From a virus, in IMG/VR virus record IMGVR_UViG_3300044837_000077, positions 3,314 to 67,313 of that record: DNA of 64,000 bases; one strand, given 5' to 3'. Under the pieces are notes generated by a model. That model worked only from the letters and a program-made list of their open reading frames with translations. It was not told the DNA's origin and searched no databases. How positions within the stretch are numbered: the stretch's first letter is position 1; the number at the start of each line of letters is the position of its first letter. The position numbers were made by a program, and so were the translations under genes. Below are positions 18,536 to 27,690 of this stretch, piece by piece.

Positions 18536-21500
18536 ATGATCATACTTGCCGATACGACGTATGAGAAGTTTCCCGAGTGTCCCGGGTTTGGCTTCACGGT
18601 CGAACCCAGGTACCTGACGAAGGCCATCGAGCGCGAGGGCGGCCAGGAGCGCGTCGATCGACGATGGGATCGACCGTTGGCGTTCTTTACTGCCGTGCCG
18701 ACGAGCAACCGCGACGCTGACGTCATCCAGAATTTGCTCATCTTCTGGCACGCCGTCGGCGGGACTGCCGGGCACTTTAGGTTCACGGACTGGACCGACT
18801 ACAAGAGCTGTAAGACGAACGAGACGCCCACCGCATTGGATCAGCCTTTTGAGGTTGTCGGCGGCGCGTACCAGATGATCAAACGGTATACAGCCGGCCC
18901 GATGTCGCAGGATCGCGAGATTTATTGCCCTGTTGGCTCGACGATCGTCGTGGCTAATACTCTGGGCGCAGTGCAGACGGACTGGACGCTCGACGAGGCG
19001 ACGGGCCTGTTGACGCCGGGCGGCGGATTCGTCGGCACGCCAGGCTCGTGGGGTGGGGAATTCGACTTGCCTTGTAGGTTTCTGACGGACTACACGGTCA
19101 CCGTCGTTGACGGCAAGGACATTCAGAGCGGTTCGTTTACTTTGCGCGAGCGACGGCCGAATGAAGGCGGAAGCAGCGGCGGTGGTGGCGGTGGCGGTGG
19201 TGGCGGTGGTGGTGGTGGTGACGGTGGCGGTGGCGGTGGCGGTGGCGGTGGCGGTGGTAGCCCGAGTCTGCCGTTCACGATGCCCGATCTGGCGACATTG
19301 TTTGCATCGCCGAAAGTGGTGTTCGCGCACTACTTCTACACGTTCCCGCTATCTATCGACAACCGAGCGTCGGCGGTCGATTACTACAACGTCCAGTTAC
19401 TCACGATCGGTGGCGAGAGCGGCAGTCATGCGCTCTATGGTGGATACCTGCGACAACGACCACTGCCCGTGCCCATCGGTAGTCCTACGACGTTCAAACA
19501 GGACAACATGCAGACCGAGGTCGCGACGGCGATGGCGCGTGGCATCACGGCGTTCGCCATCGATATCCTGAACCTCGCCGATGCGCTAGACGCGAATGGC
19601 CACTTGCAACAACTGTTGTTAGCGGCGGCGGCCGTCGATAGCAGATTTAAGGTCATGGTCATGCTGGATATGTCCAATGGAAACTTGAGCAGCTTTGCTG
19701 ACGCGGCTTCTGTCATCCAGGCTGTTGCGACCTCGCCGGCGATATTTACATTGCCGACTGGCGAGATTCTGTTTTCCGCGTACCAAGCCGATGCGCAAAG
19801 CGTGTCGTGGTGGACGTCGATGATAGGGGTTTTGACGACCGCAGGTATCGCCACGAAGTTCATGCCGGTCTTGCTCGGTGGCGCGTCGGACGCCGGCTCG
19901 CTTGACCCTGTCAGCTACGCTGTCGGCGCCTGGGGCACGGCGATTGTGTCCGCAGCCACGAGTCTCGTCACAGCGCCGGCGACCGCGCACGGTAACGGTC
20001 TCAAATACATGCTGCCCATCCTGCCGCAGCAGTTCCGGCCGAAGGATCAGAAATACTGGGAAGCCGGCAACAGTCAGACGTTCCGCGCATCATGGAAGTC
20101 GGCGATCGATGGTGACTCGGATTATGTACAGGTTGTGACGTGGAGTGATTTCTCCGAGTCTGGGCAGGTCGAGCCGTGCACGGATGCGACGCTCAACCTC
20201 AACATCGGTACCGGGTTCTACGATCTCAACGCGTATTTTGCCGCGTGGTATCTGACAGGCACAGCGCCGACCATTACTGAGGATCGGTTGTACTGGTTCC
20301 ATCGCCGCATGCCGCTCAATGCAGCTCATCCTGATCAGGTTGACAACTTCACCTGTGAAGGCGGTACGCCGTCCGATCTCATCGAGGTGGTGGCGTTCCT
20401 GACCGCACCAGGAACGGTGACGATCAGCGTGGGCACGACATCGGCGTCGTTCGCCGCGTTAGCCGGAGTGAGCTCGCACACGCTGCCGCTCGCGGCCGGC
20501 ATACCGGTATTCAGTCTTACCCGCAGTGGGACGACGGTGATCTCACAGTCGGGACCGATGCAGATTTACGGCTCGGGTGGTGATCCTACGGGAACGCTCG
20601 ACTTCACCTACTGGAGCGGGAGCGTATCGGGCGTTGCAGGCGGTGGGATTGGTGGGGGTGGAGGCGGCGGAGGCGTCGCAACGCCGGTGTTCAACTTCGC
20701 GAACTTCTCTGGTGCTCCCAGCACGATCGCGCTTTCTGGCAATGCTATTTTTAGCGGCGCTGACATTAGGCTGCTCAACGTTTCTCAGCACGATTCGTGC
20801 AGTGCGTGGTACACGACAAAGCAAGCGCCAGCCGCATTCACGACGCAATTTACGTTTACACCCACCGGGATCACCAACACCCCGGCACAAGCAGGCATCA
20901 CGTTCTGCATCCAGAACACTACGTTTCCACCAGGAGCATCGGGTGCTGTAGGGCTCACTTATCGCGGCGATGCGAACATGTGCGGATATGGGGGAGCGAA
21001 CAACCAAAACCCGCCAGTCGATGCGATTGCCATCAAATTCGACGCGAGCAGCATCAGCAATCAGGGCTATCCGGCCGGTGGAGTCCCTGCCTCAACGGGC
21101 CTGTATTTAAACGGCGGCCCCAACATTATTCCGGGCGGCAATCTCGGATTGGTGCCGTACAACGATTTAAGCCACACCGGGATTAACTTCTATAGTGGCC
21201 ATACCTTTGCGGTCACTATCGTCTATGACGGTAGTTTGATCACGATGGTGATTCGGGACACCACGACGGGCGCTCAGGCGCGCAACGTGTGGCCGCTGAA
21301 TCTCGCCAACACCACGAACCCTTCAGGAAACTTTGTAGGCTTCACCTGTGGAACGGCTACGACCGGTGACGGGACATGGGTACTGGATAGTTGGGCCTAT
21401 TGGACGGGCTTCAACACGCGCCTCGCGACGCCCGCGCTGAGCCCAGTGCCTGGATCATATTCAGGCACGCAAGGCGTCTCGATCAGCGGCCCTTCCGGCG

Positions 21501-22339
21501 CATCGCTGTATTACACGACGGATGGAACGCTGCCGACCAGTTCATCGACTCAGTACACTGGAACGCCGATCTCTATAGCGGCAAACCAAGTCATCCAGGT
21601 TGTCGCGATCGAATCGGGCTTCACGGATAGCTTAGTCGGGGGCGGCAACTACCAGATCAGCACGTCGAACCGGATCAATTTCCCGAGCGGATTCTCTGCG
21701 GGTAACTTAATCACGGGCGGCTTCGCCTACCTGAGTGGGTCTGCCTATCGCGTTAGCGATACCACCACCAACACCGTCGGCGCTGTTTGGTTTCCTGCGC
21801 CGGTTCCGGTTTCGTCTTTCTCAACGGCCTTCACGCTGCAATGGGGATCGTCGGGGCAAGGCATGGGATTTGTCCTTCAGAACAGTCCTCAAGCCTATGC
21901 CAGCTTGAGCAACGCAATGAATGTGCCGGGTGGACCGACAGTGGTTGGCCAAAGTGGCGGCTCTGCGGGTTACGGGGGAGTGAACAATTCTGCCGGCATG
22001 CTCAATAGCATCGCGCTATTTTTCAATCAATGGGCGGGTGGTTCTGATCCTGGTAACAGCGTCGGCCTTTATACCGCTGGCGCTTTCCCGACCGGGAATC
22101 AAATTGCTACCGCACTCACTTTCAGCAGCGGTCACGCCTTCAATTGCGTGCTGACTTACAGCGGGACGACGCTCACGCTGTCCATGACGGACGCCACGAC
22201 CAGCGCTAACTTCACGCATAGCTGGACGGTGAACATTCCGTCCGCTGTCGGTGCAAGCACTGCCTATGCGGGTTTCGTGGGCGGCACCGGTGGCGCAGCT
22301 TCGATTGCGTCACTCATCAAGTGGACATATGCAGCTTAA
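18536..22339 (+). CDS. Dit copy 2 fused to GH71-like glycoside hydrolase, L-type lectin, Fn3-associated domain and second L-type lectin
   Basis: First ~210 aa nearly match Dit copy 1; poly-Gly linker; KVVFAHYF, GITAFAID, VQVVTWSDFSES (GH71-like); lectin motifs FTTQFTF..GITF.IQN..AIKFD..VGFT.GT; YYTTDGTLPT. Confidence 0.82.
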   Translation: MIILADTTYEKFPECPGFGFTVEPRYLTKAIEREGGQERVDRRWDRPLAFFTAVPTSNRDADVIQNLLIFWHAVGGTAGHFRFTDWTDYKSCKTNETPTALDQPFEVVGGAYQMIKRYTAGPMSQDREIYCPVGSTIVVANTLGAVQTDWTLDEATGLLTPGGGFVGTPGSWGGEFDLPCRFLTDYTVTVVDGKDIQSGSFTLRERRPNEGGSSGGGGGGGGGGGGGGDGGGGGGGGGGGGSPSLPFTMPDLATLFASPKVVFAHYFYTFPLSIDNRASAVDYYNVQLLTIGGESGSHALYGGYLRQRPLPVPIGSPTTFKQDNMQTEVATAMARGITAFAIDILNLADALDANGHLQQLLLAAAAVDSRFKVMVMLDMSNGNLSSFADAASVIQAVATSPAIFTLPTGEILFSAYQADAQSVSWWTSMIGVLTTAGIATKFMPVLLGGASDAGSLDPVSYAVGAWGTAIVSAATSLVTAPATAHGNGLKYMLPILPQQFRPKDQKYWEAGNSQTFRASWKSAIDGDSDYVQVVTWSDFSESGQVEPCTDATLNLNIGTGFYDLNAYFAAWYLTGTAPTITEDRLYWFHRRMPLNAAHPDQVDNFTCEGGTPSDLIEVVAFLTAPGTVTISVGTTSASFAALAGVSSHTLPLAAGIPVFSLTRSGTTVISQSGPMQIYGSGGDPTGTLDFTYWSGSVSGVAGGGIGGGGGGGGVATPVFNFANFSGAPSTIALSGNAIFSGADIRLLNVSQHDSCSAWYTTKQAPAAFTTQFTFTPTGITNTPAQAGITFCIQNTTFPPGASGAVGLTYRGDANMCGYGGANNQNPPVDAIAIKFDASSISNQGYPAGGVPASTGLYLNGGPNIIPGGNLGLVPYNDLSHTGINFYSGHTFAVTIVYDGSLITMVIRDTTTGAQARNVWPLNLANTTNPSGNFVGFTCGTATTGDGTWVLDSWAYWTGFNTRLATPALSPVPGSYSGTQGVSISGPSGASLYYTTDGTLPTSSSTQYTGTPISIAANQVIQVVAIESGFTDSLVGGGNYQISTSNRINFPSGFSAGNLITGGFAYLSGSAYRVSDTTTNTVGAVWFPAPVPVSSFSTAFTLQWGSSGQGMGFVLQNSPQAYASLSNAMNVPGGPTVVGQSGGSAGYGGVNNSAGMLNSIALFFNQWAGGSDPGNSVGLYTAGAFPTGNQIATALTFSSGHAFNCVLTYSGTTLTLSMTDATTSANFTHSWTVNIPSAVGASTAYAGFVGGTGGAASIASLIKWTYAA
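19178..19260 (+). repeat. GGY microsatellite encoding poly-Gly linker
   Basis: Run of GGT/GGC codons. Confidence 0.9.
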
Positions 22340-22351
22340 ACGAGCGCAGAC

Positions 22352-23257
22352 ATGAAGACTATTCCAGGTCCGCTGCAGGCTCACCTTAACGGCGATACGA
22401 CGACGCTCGCGCTGTGCTGGGCGATCCTGAAACGTAACGGCGATTATATCCGTGGTACGACGCACGATCGCGACGTTCCGGTTGCCTCGGGTATTTACGC
22501 TGGAATATACGAGGCAAGCTCCAACATCACGCCGTCTAACGTCAAAAGCAATAGCGACCTGGCGGTCGATAATCTCGACATAGCCGGCGCGTGGGCTGAT
22601 AACACGATACGTGTCGACATCACGCGCGCCGACATCGAGGCGCGGAACCTCGACTTTGCTTCCGTTCGGACGTTCTTCGTGAACTGGGCTGCGCCTGACG
22701 ATGGACAGGTTCCGATGCGGAGCGGGTTTTTAGGTCCGATCACCTACGATTCGAACGGCGGTTATAGCACCCAGGTTCGTGGGCTTGCGCAATTGCTCCA
22801 GCAAAACATTGTGCAGACGTACTCTGACCGATGCATAGTGAAACGCTTAGGCGATGCGCGCTGCGGGGTCGACGTGGCGTCGCTGTCGATCGCGGCGACG
22901 GTGATGACGGTCGTCTCGCGGCGGGAGTTCATCGTCAGTGGGATCGGCGCGCAACCCGCCGGGTACTTCTCGCTCGGCAACCTGACCGGTCTGACGGGTG
23001 ACAACATCGGGTTCCTGCGTCAGATTCGACTTGACGACGTCTCGTCGGAGACGGGGCACCTGAGTCTGTTCGAGCCTTTCCCGGAGGATATTCTTGTCGG
23101 TGACACGTTCACGATGTCTCCGGGCTGCGATCGCCTTTTGCAGACGTGCATCACGAAATTCGACAACCTGCGCAACAACCGCGCCTATGGCGTCCTGATC
23201 CCGGGCATCGACCTGTTGCTCGCAGGTCCTGCCGGCCAGATGTCGACGCCGTCATGA
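22352..23257 (+). CDS. Baseplate hub protein (DUF2163/BR0599-like)
   Basis: CW.I.R..G...G.T.HDRD, C...LGDARCGVD, PGCDR...C..KF.N..N. Confidence 0.9.
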   Translation: MKTIPGPLQAHLNGDTTTLALCWAILKRNGDYIRGTTHDRDVPVASGIYAGIYEASSNITPSNVKSNSDLAVDNLDIAGAWADNTIRVDITRADIEARNLDFASVRTFFVNWAAPDDGQVPMRSGFLGPITYDSNGGYSTQVRGLAQLLQQNIVQTYSDRCIVKRLGDARCGVDVASLSIAATVMTVVSRREFIVSGIGAQPAGYFSLGNLTGLTGDNIGFLRQIRLDDVSSETGHLSLFEPFPEDILVGDTFTMSPGCDRLLQTCITKFDNLRNNRAYGVLIPGIDLLLAGPAGQMSTPS

Positions 23258-23700
23258 CGCCCGTGTCCAAGGAATCACTCATCGCGGAGGCGCAGCGCCT
23301 GGTCGGCGTCCCGTTCGTTCACCAGGGGCGCAGCGTTCATGGGGTGGATTGCATCGGGGCGATCGCGCTCGCAGCGATCAACGCGGGGCTCGACCCCGAG
23401 CAGGCGACGGGCCTGAAGGACACGCGAGATTACGAACGTACGACGACGTCTGAGATGCTAGACAAGATGAGTCGCGTGTGCATCCGCGTACGACAGGCCG
23501 AGCCTGGACTTCTCGTGTTGTTCAGGTTCCCAGAAGAGAAGCACCCGCAGCACTTCGCCATACTGACGGACAGGCGCACGATCGTCCACGCCGATCAGAA
23601 GCAGGGACGCGTCGTCGAGCACGGGTACCGGGGACAGTGGCTGCGCTGGACGCATAGCCTGTGGCGCATACCCGGGGTGACGTATGACGCCGCACCGTAA
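23254..23700 (+). CDS. NlpC/P60 tail-associated peptidase
   Basis: GVPFVHQGR...GVDCIG, HFAI, IVHA. Confidence 0.9.
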   Translation: MTPVSKESLIAEAQRLVGVPFVHQGRSVHGVDCIGAIALAAINAGLDPEQATGLKDTRDYERTTTSEMLDKMSRVCIRVRQAEPGLLVLFRFPEEKHPQHFAILTDRRTIVHADQKQGRVVEHGYRGQWLRWTHSLWRIPGVTYDAAP

Positions 23701-24172
23701 CCTCGCCGCGTTCGTGCGGTGGTTCTGCGAGATGCCGCTTGTGCGGCTGATGCCGCCCGACGCGGTCATCGCTCGTTTCACGGGACAATCGATCGCGCCT
23801 GCCGAGTCGCCCGCGAACGTCATCGGCACAATCCTTCACCGCGATGGCGCGTACCAGGCCGAGATGTTCAGTTTCGCGGCGACGCAGCGCGGAGGGTCAT
23901 TCGCCGAGCACCGGCACCCAGACGTCGATAGCGTAGAGCTTTACTTAAGCGGCGACATTGAGTTCAACGTCCTCAGGCGCGGACGCAACGAAACCTACCG
24001 TGGACGCCGCAACTCTCCCCTCTGGATCGCTGCCGAGGATTTCCACGGCGGGAAGATTGGTCCGGCCGGCGCCGCGTTCGTCTCACTGCAGCGCTGGCGA
24101 ACCGGAACGGCGACGTCGAGTATCGGGCACAACTGGATCGGCGATCCACACGAGACGGCGACGAAACCATGA
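23684..24172 (+). CDS. Cupin-like protein within the tail module
   Basis: HRHPDVDSVE...SG and a downstream FHGG; overlaps both neighbours. Confidence 0.6.
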   Translation: MTPHRNLAAFVRWFCEMPLVRLMPPDAVIARFTGQSIAPAESPANVIGTILHRDGAYQAEMFSFAATQRGGSFAEHRHPDVDSVELYLSGDIEFNVLRRGRNETYRGRRNSPLWIAAEDFHGGKIGPAGAAFVSLQRWRTGTATSSIGHNWIGDPHETATKP

Positions 24173-27100
24173 GCAACGCCGGTCAAGCTGCGCTAATTAT
24201 CATCGGCGCCGTCGCCGGCTATTTTCTCGGTCCGGCCGGAAGTGGCGCGACGTACGCATTATTGGGTGCTGCTCTCGGCTCTGCGGCTGGTCAGGCTCTG
24301 TTTCCTACAGTGCTTCCGCCAACCACTGGACCGCACATCGGTGATAAACAGACGACGACGTCTGCGCTGGGCGACCCCGTCATCATCGGTTACGGAACGT
24401 TCATGTCATCGGGGACCGTGAATTTCCTGGGCGAGTTGATCGAGACGCCTACGACGACGACGCAGGGCGGATCGGGCGGACCGGTCCAGACATCGACGAC
24501 GTTCAGTTACACGCAGTCGATCGGTATCGGCCTGTGCGAGACGACGAGCATGAACGGCGTCAACGTGCCCATCATAGGCATCCAGCGGGCGTGGGAGAAC
24601 GGCGAACTCGTCTACGATACTCGAGCGCAGCAACCGGGCGAGTCGGACGCTGACTATACGAAGCGCGTGGCGTATTCAGTGAAGTACGCCGGCACGTTCG
24701 TGCTCTACTTGGGAACGGAGGATCAGGAGCCTGATCCCACGATCGAGCTGCAGCAGGGCGCCAACGCGCCGTTCTTCAGGGGGATCGCCTACGTCGTGTA
24801 TCCCGACCGTGTGCTTCGCAGCGACCAGGGTATACGGCACCCGACGTTCAAGTTCGAGATACTCAAAGCTGCGACGTTTGCACCAGAGGTGATTTTTCCG
24901 ACGTTTCTGACTGGCGCCCATAACGCGAGCCTGCAGATCAATATGCTGGCTTCCGACCTAACGAATGGCCGCTACTACGTGTTCGACGGGTCCGGCGCAA
25001 TCCTCGGGTTTAACATGCTCAATAACACTCAGTTCGCTGAGAACGACGCGCTTCCCGAATATGCTTCACTGGGTGGCGTCAGTCTCGCCGTCGCACCCGA
25101 CGGATTCTTGTTAGCTACGTGGTTTAACAGCGGGTCGACTGCCGTGATCGTCAGGCTCGATCCACTGACGCTCGCTCTTGCGGGTGGACCCGCAAGTTAC
25201 GATCCCTATGGCGTCGATTGGCAGAGCTATGCGACGGCTACGGTTAACTTCGGGATGGGCCCGACGTATATCTTAGCGGCGGTCGGTCTACTCAAACATA
25301 TCAACCTGACGGACTGCGTGTCGCTTACTAATATCGCGACTTACGCGTTTACGAATTCTCCGAGCATCGCGGCGGCCCCTAACGAGTCGGGTAGCGCCGT
25401 GTTCTGGGTCATCTCGAACACCCCCTCGTCGGGACCGACGGGTGGCAACGTCGCGGTCAACAAGCTCACCGTCGGTACCGGTAGCGTCGCAGTGAACGTG
25501 GTGACGCACACCTTCGCCCCCGCGGAGTTCGACCCTCTCTGGACCTGGGTTGGCGGCATCGGCGATATGCTCGTCGATCCCAGCGACGGGCACGTCATGT
25601 TTCGTGTGACCGGCAACGGATCGGGTGCGACGAACACGGCTTACATCTTGAAGTTCAACGGCAACACCGGCGTGATCGACTGGACCACTCCCGTTTCTAC
25701 GGGTCCAAACTACAACTACGCGACGAGTCAGAATCAGATCGCGAATAATACCTGGTGGCTGGCCGATAACCCACCGGGTCTTTCTGGCTACTACCGCATC
25801 AACGTCGTGACTGGTGACATCACGGTCGTGAGCCTGTCATCGATGGGTGCAGGCTCGCAGGTCGGCGCCACTGTGACCGCCTCGTGCCTGAGCGGCGGGG
25901 CCATCCTGGCGCCTCTCACGGGCGGCCCGCCGGGTAGCTCGCCGGGCTGGACGCTGCTCTTGCCTGAGGCGGCAACGCCGGGCAAAGTTCTTATTTCCGA
26001 CATCGTCGCCGACCTGTGCGCGCGGTCAAACGCGCCCCACGACACATCGGCGATGGGAACGGAGACGGTCGACGGCTATATGATTGCGAGTACGCCGATG
26101 ACGGGTCGCGACGCGATGGTGCCCCTGCGCTCGGTGGGCTTCTTCGATTCGTGCGAGACGGGTGACACGATACGGTTCGTCAGGCGCGGCGGTGCGCCGG
26201 CGCTCACCCTCGTTACCACGGACCTGGGCGCATACGAGACGGGCACGTCCACCGATCCTGCCCCGGCTAACGCGGTCGCCACGCAGATGGAATCGGATCT
26301 TCCCTTCCAGCTTCGCCTCTCATATACGTCGCCCTCGCGAGATTACCAGCCCGGGCAGCAGCTCTCCCTCCCGCGTTTCGACACGATGTCGGACCAGCTG
26401 ACGGACGTTCAGCTCGGCGGCGTGTGCCTCGACGACGACCAGGCGATCCAGGTTGCCGAGATCCTATGGAACGACGCGTGGGCATCCGATCACACCTACA
26501 CATTCGCGGTCGATCAAAGCAAGGCGGCGCTCGAGCCGACCGACGTTGTGCTCGTCCCGATGGTTGATACACTCATGCGCGTGCGCATCGTCTCGATAGA
26601 CGACGCGTCCCAGATCCTGCGCTCGCTGACGGCGGTGAGCGACGACGACGGTAACTACGTCTCATCAGCGATAGCCGCTCCTGTCCCCTACAAGGTGACG
26701 ATGCGCTTCTACGCCGGAAGCGCCCTGATACTGATTGACGCTCCCTTGCTCTTAGACTCGAACGACACGGGCCGAACGAGCGCGCCGCTCTATTCGGTCG
26801 TCTATCCGACCAACACGGATACGTGGACGGGCGCGGCGGTCCTGGAGTCCAACGATTCAGGTGCGACGTTCACGAACGTGGCGACGGCGACCGGGGCACC
26901 GGCGACCGGGCAGGCGACGACGGCCCTGGGCGATGTGGCTAATCCGTTCCTGACCGATGTCACGAACAGCGTGACGGTCAAGATGCAGCCCGGGTCGACG
27001 CTGCCGGCGTCTGTGACGACGGCGCAGCTCCTGAACGGGGCCAACGGAGCCGCCCTCATCAACGCGGACGGAAGCGTCGAGATATTCCAATTCCGTGACG

Positions 27101-27690
27101 TGGCCGTCGTCAGCTCTGACACGGTGACGCTCTCCTATCTGCTGCGCGGTCGGCGCGGCAGCGATGAGATGACCGGCGGGCACTCGATCGGCAATCGTTT
27201 CGTCATGCTCAATGTGCCGGGTACGGTGCAGAAGACGAACATCGCCATCACCGATCTGAATTCGTCGCTGCTGTGGAAGGCGGTCGGCTCTCGCGACACG
27301 ATAGCGAGCGTCCCCACCGTCCCTTTTACGACCATCGGCCGTTCGTTGATGCCGCGCGCCCCGTGGAACACGCGCACCAGCCTGTCGGGGTCCGACATCC
27401 TGATCGACGCCGACCGGCGATCGCGCATCGAGAACGACACGTCGATCAGCTTCGCGAGTCCGACACTCGCGCTCAACGAGGACAGCGAGGCGTACCAGGT
27501 CGATGTCTATTCCGGCAGCAGCCTCGTCAGGACGCTTAGCGGGACCGCGCTTCCAATCACCTATCCGGCCGCCGCAGTCACCGCCGACTTTGGCAGCACG
27601 CCAGCTACGCTGAAACTCGCGGTCTATCAAATGTCGGGCGAAGTTGGCAGGGGCTTCACCCATCTAGTTACAGTAGGAGTGCCGACGTAA
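24169..27690 (+). CDS. Tail tip / host-specificity protein (GTA megatron-like) with central beta-propeller-like insert
   Basis: G.P....YG, YLG.EDQ.PDP, PFFRGIAYVV, GANGAA, EIFQF, LSYLLRGRRG, VYQ.S..VGRG. Confidence 0.88.
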   Translation: MSNAGQAALIIIGAVAGYFLGPAGSGATYALLGAALGSAAGQALFPTVLPPTTGPHIGDKQTTTSALGDPVIIGYGTFMSSGTVNFLGELIETPTTTTQGGSGGPVQTSTTFSYTQSIGIGLCETTSMNGVNVPIIGIQRAWENGELVYDTRAQQPGESDADYTKRVAYSVKYAGTFVLYLGTEDQEPDPTIELQQGANAPFFRGIAYVVYPDRVLRSDQGIRHPTFKFEILKAATFAPEVIFPTFLTGAHNASLQINMLASDLTNGRYYVFDGSGAILGFNMLNNTQFAENDALPEYASLGGVSLAVAPDGFLLATWFNSGSTAVIVRLDPLTLALAGGPASYDPYGVDWQSYATATVNFGMGPTYILAAVGLLKHINLTDCVSLTNIATYAFTNSPSIAAAPNESGSAVFWVISNTPSSGPTGGNVAVNKLTVGTGSVAVNVVTHTFAPAEFDPLWTWVGGIGDMLVDPSDGHVMFRVTGNGSGATNTAYILKFNGNTGVIDWTTPVSTGPNYNYATSQNQIANNTWWLADNPPGLSGYYRINVVTGDITVVSLSSMGAGSQVGATVTASCLSGGAILAPLTGGPPGSSPGWTLLLPEAATPGKVLISDIVADLCARSNAPHDTSAMGTETVDGYMIASTPMTGRDAMVPLRSVGFFDSCETGDTIRFVRRGGAPALTLVTTDLGAYETGTSTDPAPANAVATQMESDLPFQLRLSYTSPSRDYQPGQQLSLPRFDTMSDQLTDVQLGGVCLDDDQAIQVAEILWNDAWASDHTYTFAVDQSKAALEPTDVVLVPMVDTLMRVRIVSIDDASQILRSLTAVSDDDGNYVSSAIAAPVPYKVTMRFYAGSALILIDAPLLLDSNDTGRTSAPLYSVVYPTNTDTWTGAAVLESNDSGATFTNVATATGAPATGQATTALGDVANPFLTDVTNSVTVKMQPGSTLPASVTTAQLLNGANGAALINADGSVEIFQFRDVAVVSSDTVTLSYLLRGRRGSDEMTGGHSIGNRFVMLNVPGTVQKTNIAITDLNSSLLWKAVGSRDTIASVPTVPFTTIGRSLMPRAPWNTRTSLSGSDILIDADRRSRIENDTSISFASPTLALNEDSEAYQVDVYSGSSLVRTLSGTALPITYPAAAVTADFGSTPATLKLAVYQMSGEVGRGFTHLVTVGVPT

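Noticed and set aside
17898-19163. DGR template/variable repeat pair or assembly duplication
   Set aside because: No reverse transcriptase in the window; differences are not adenine-specific and are largely synonymous
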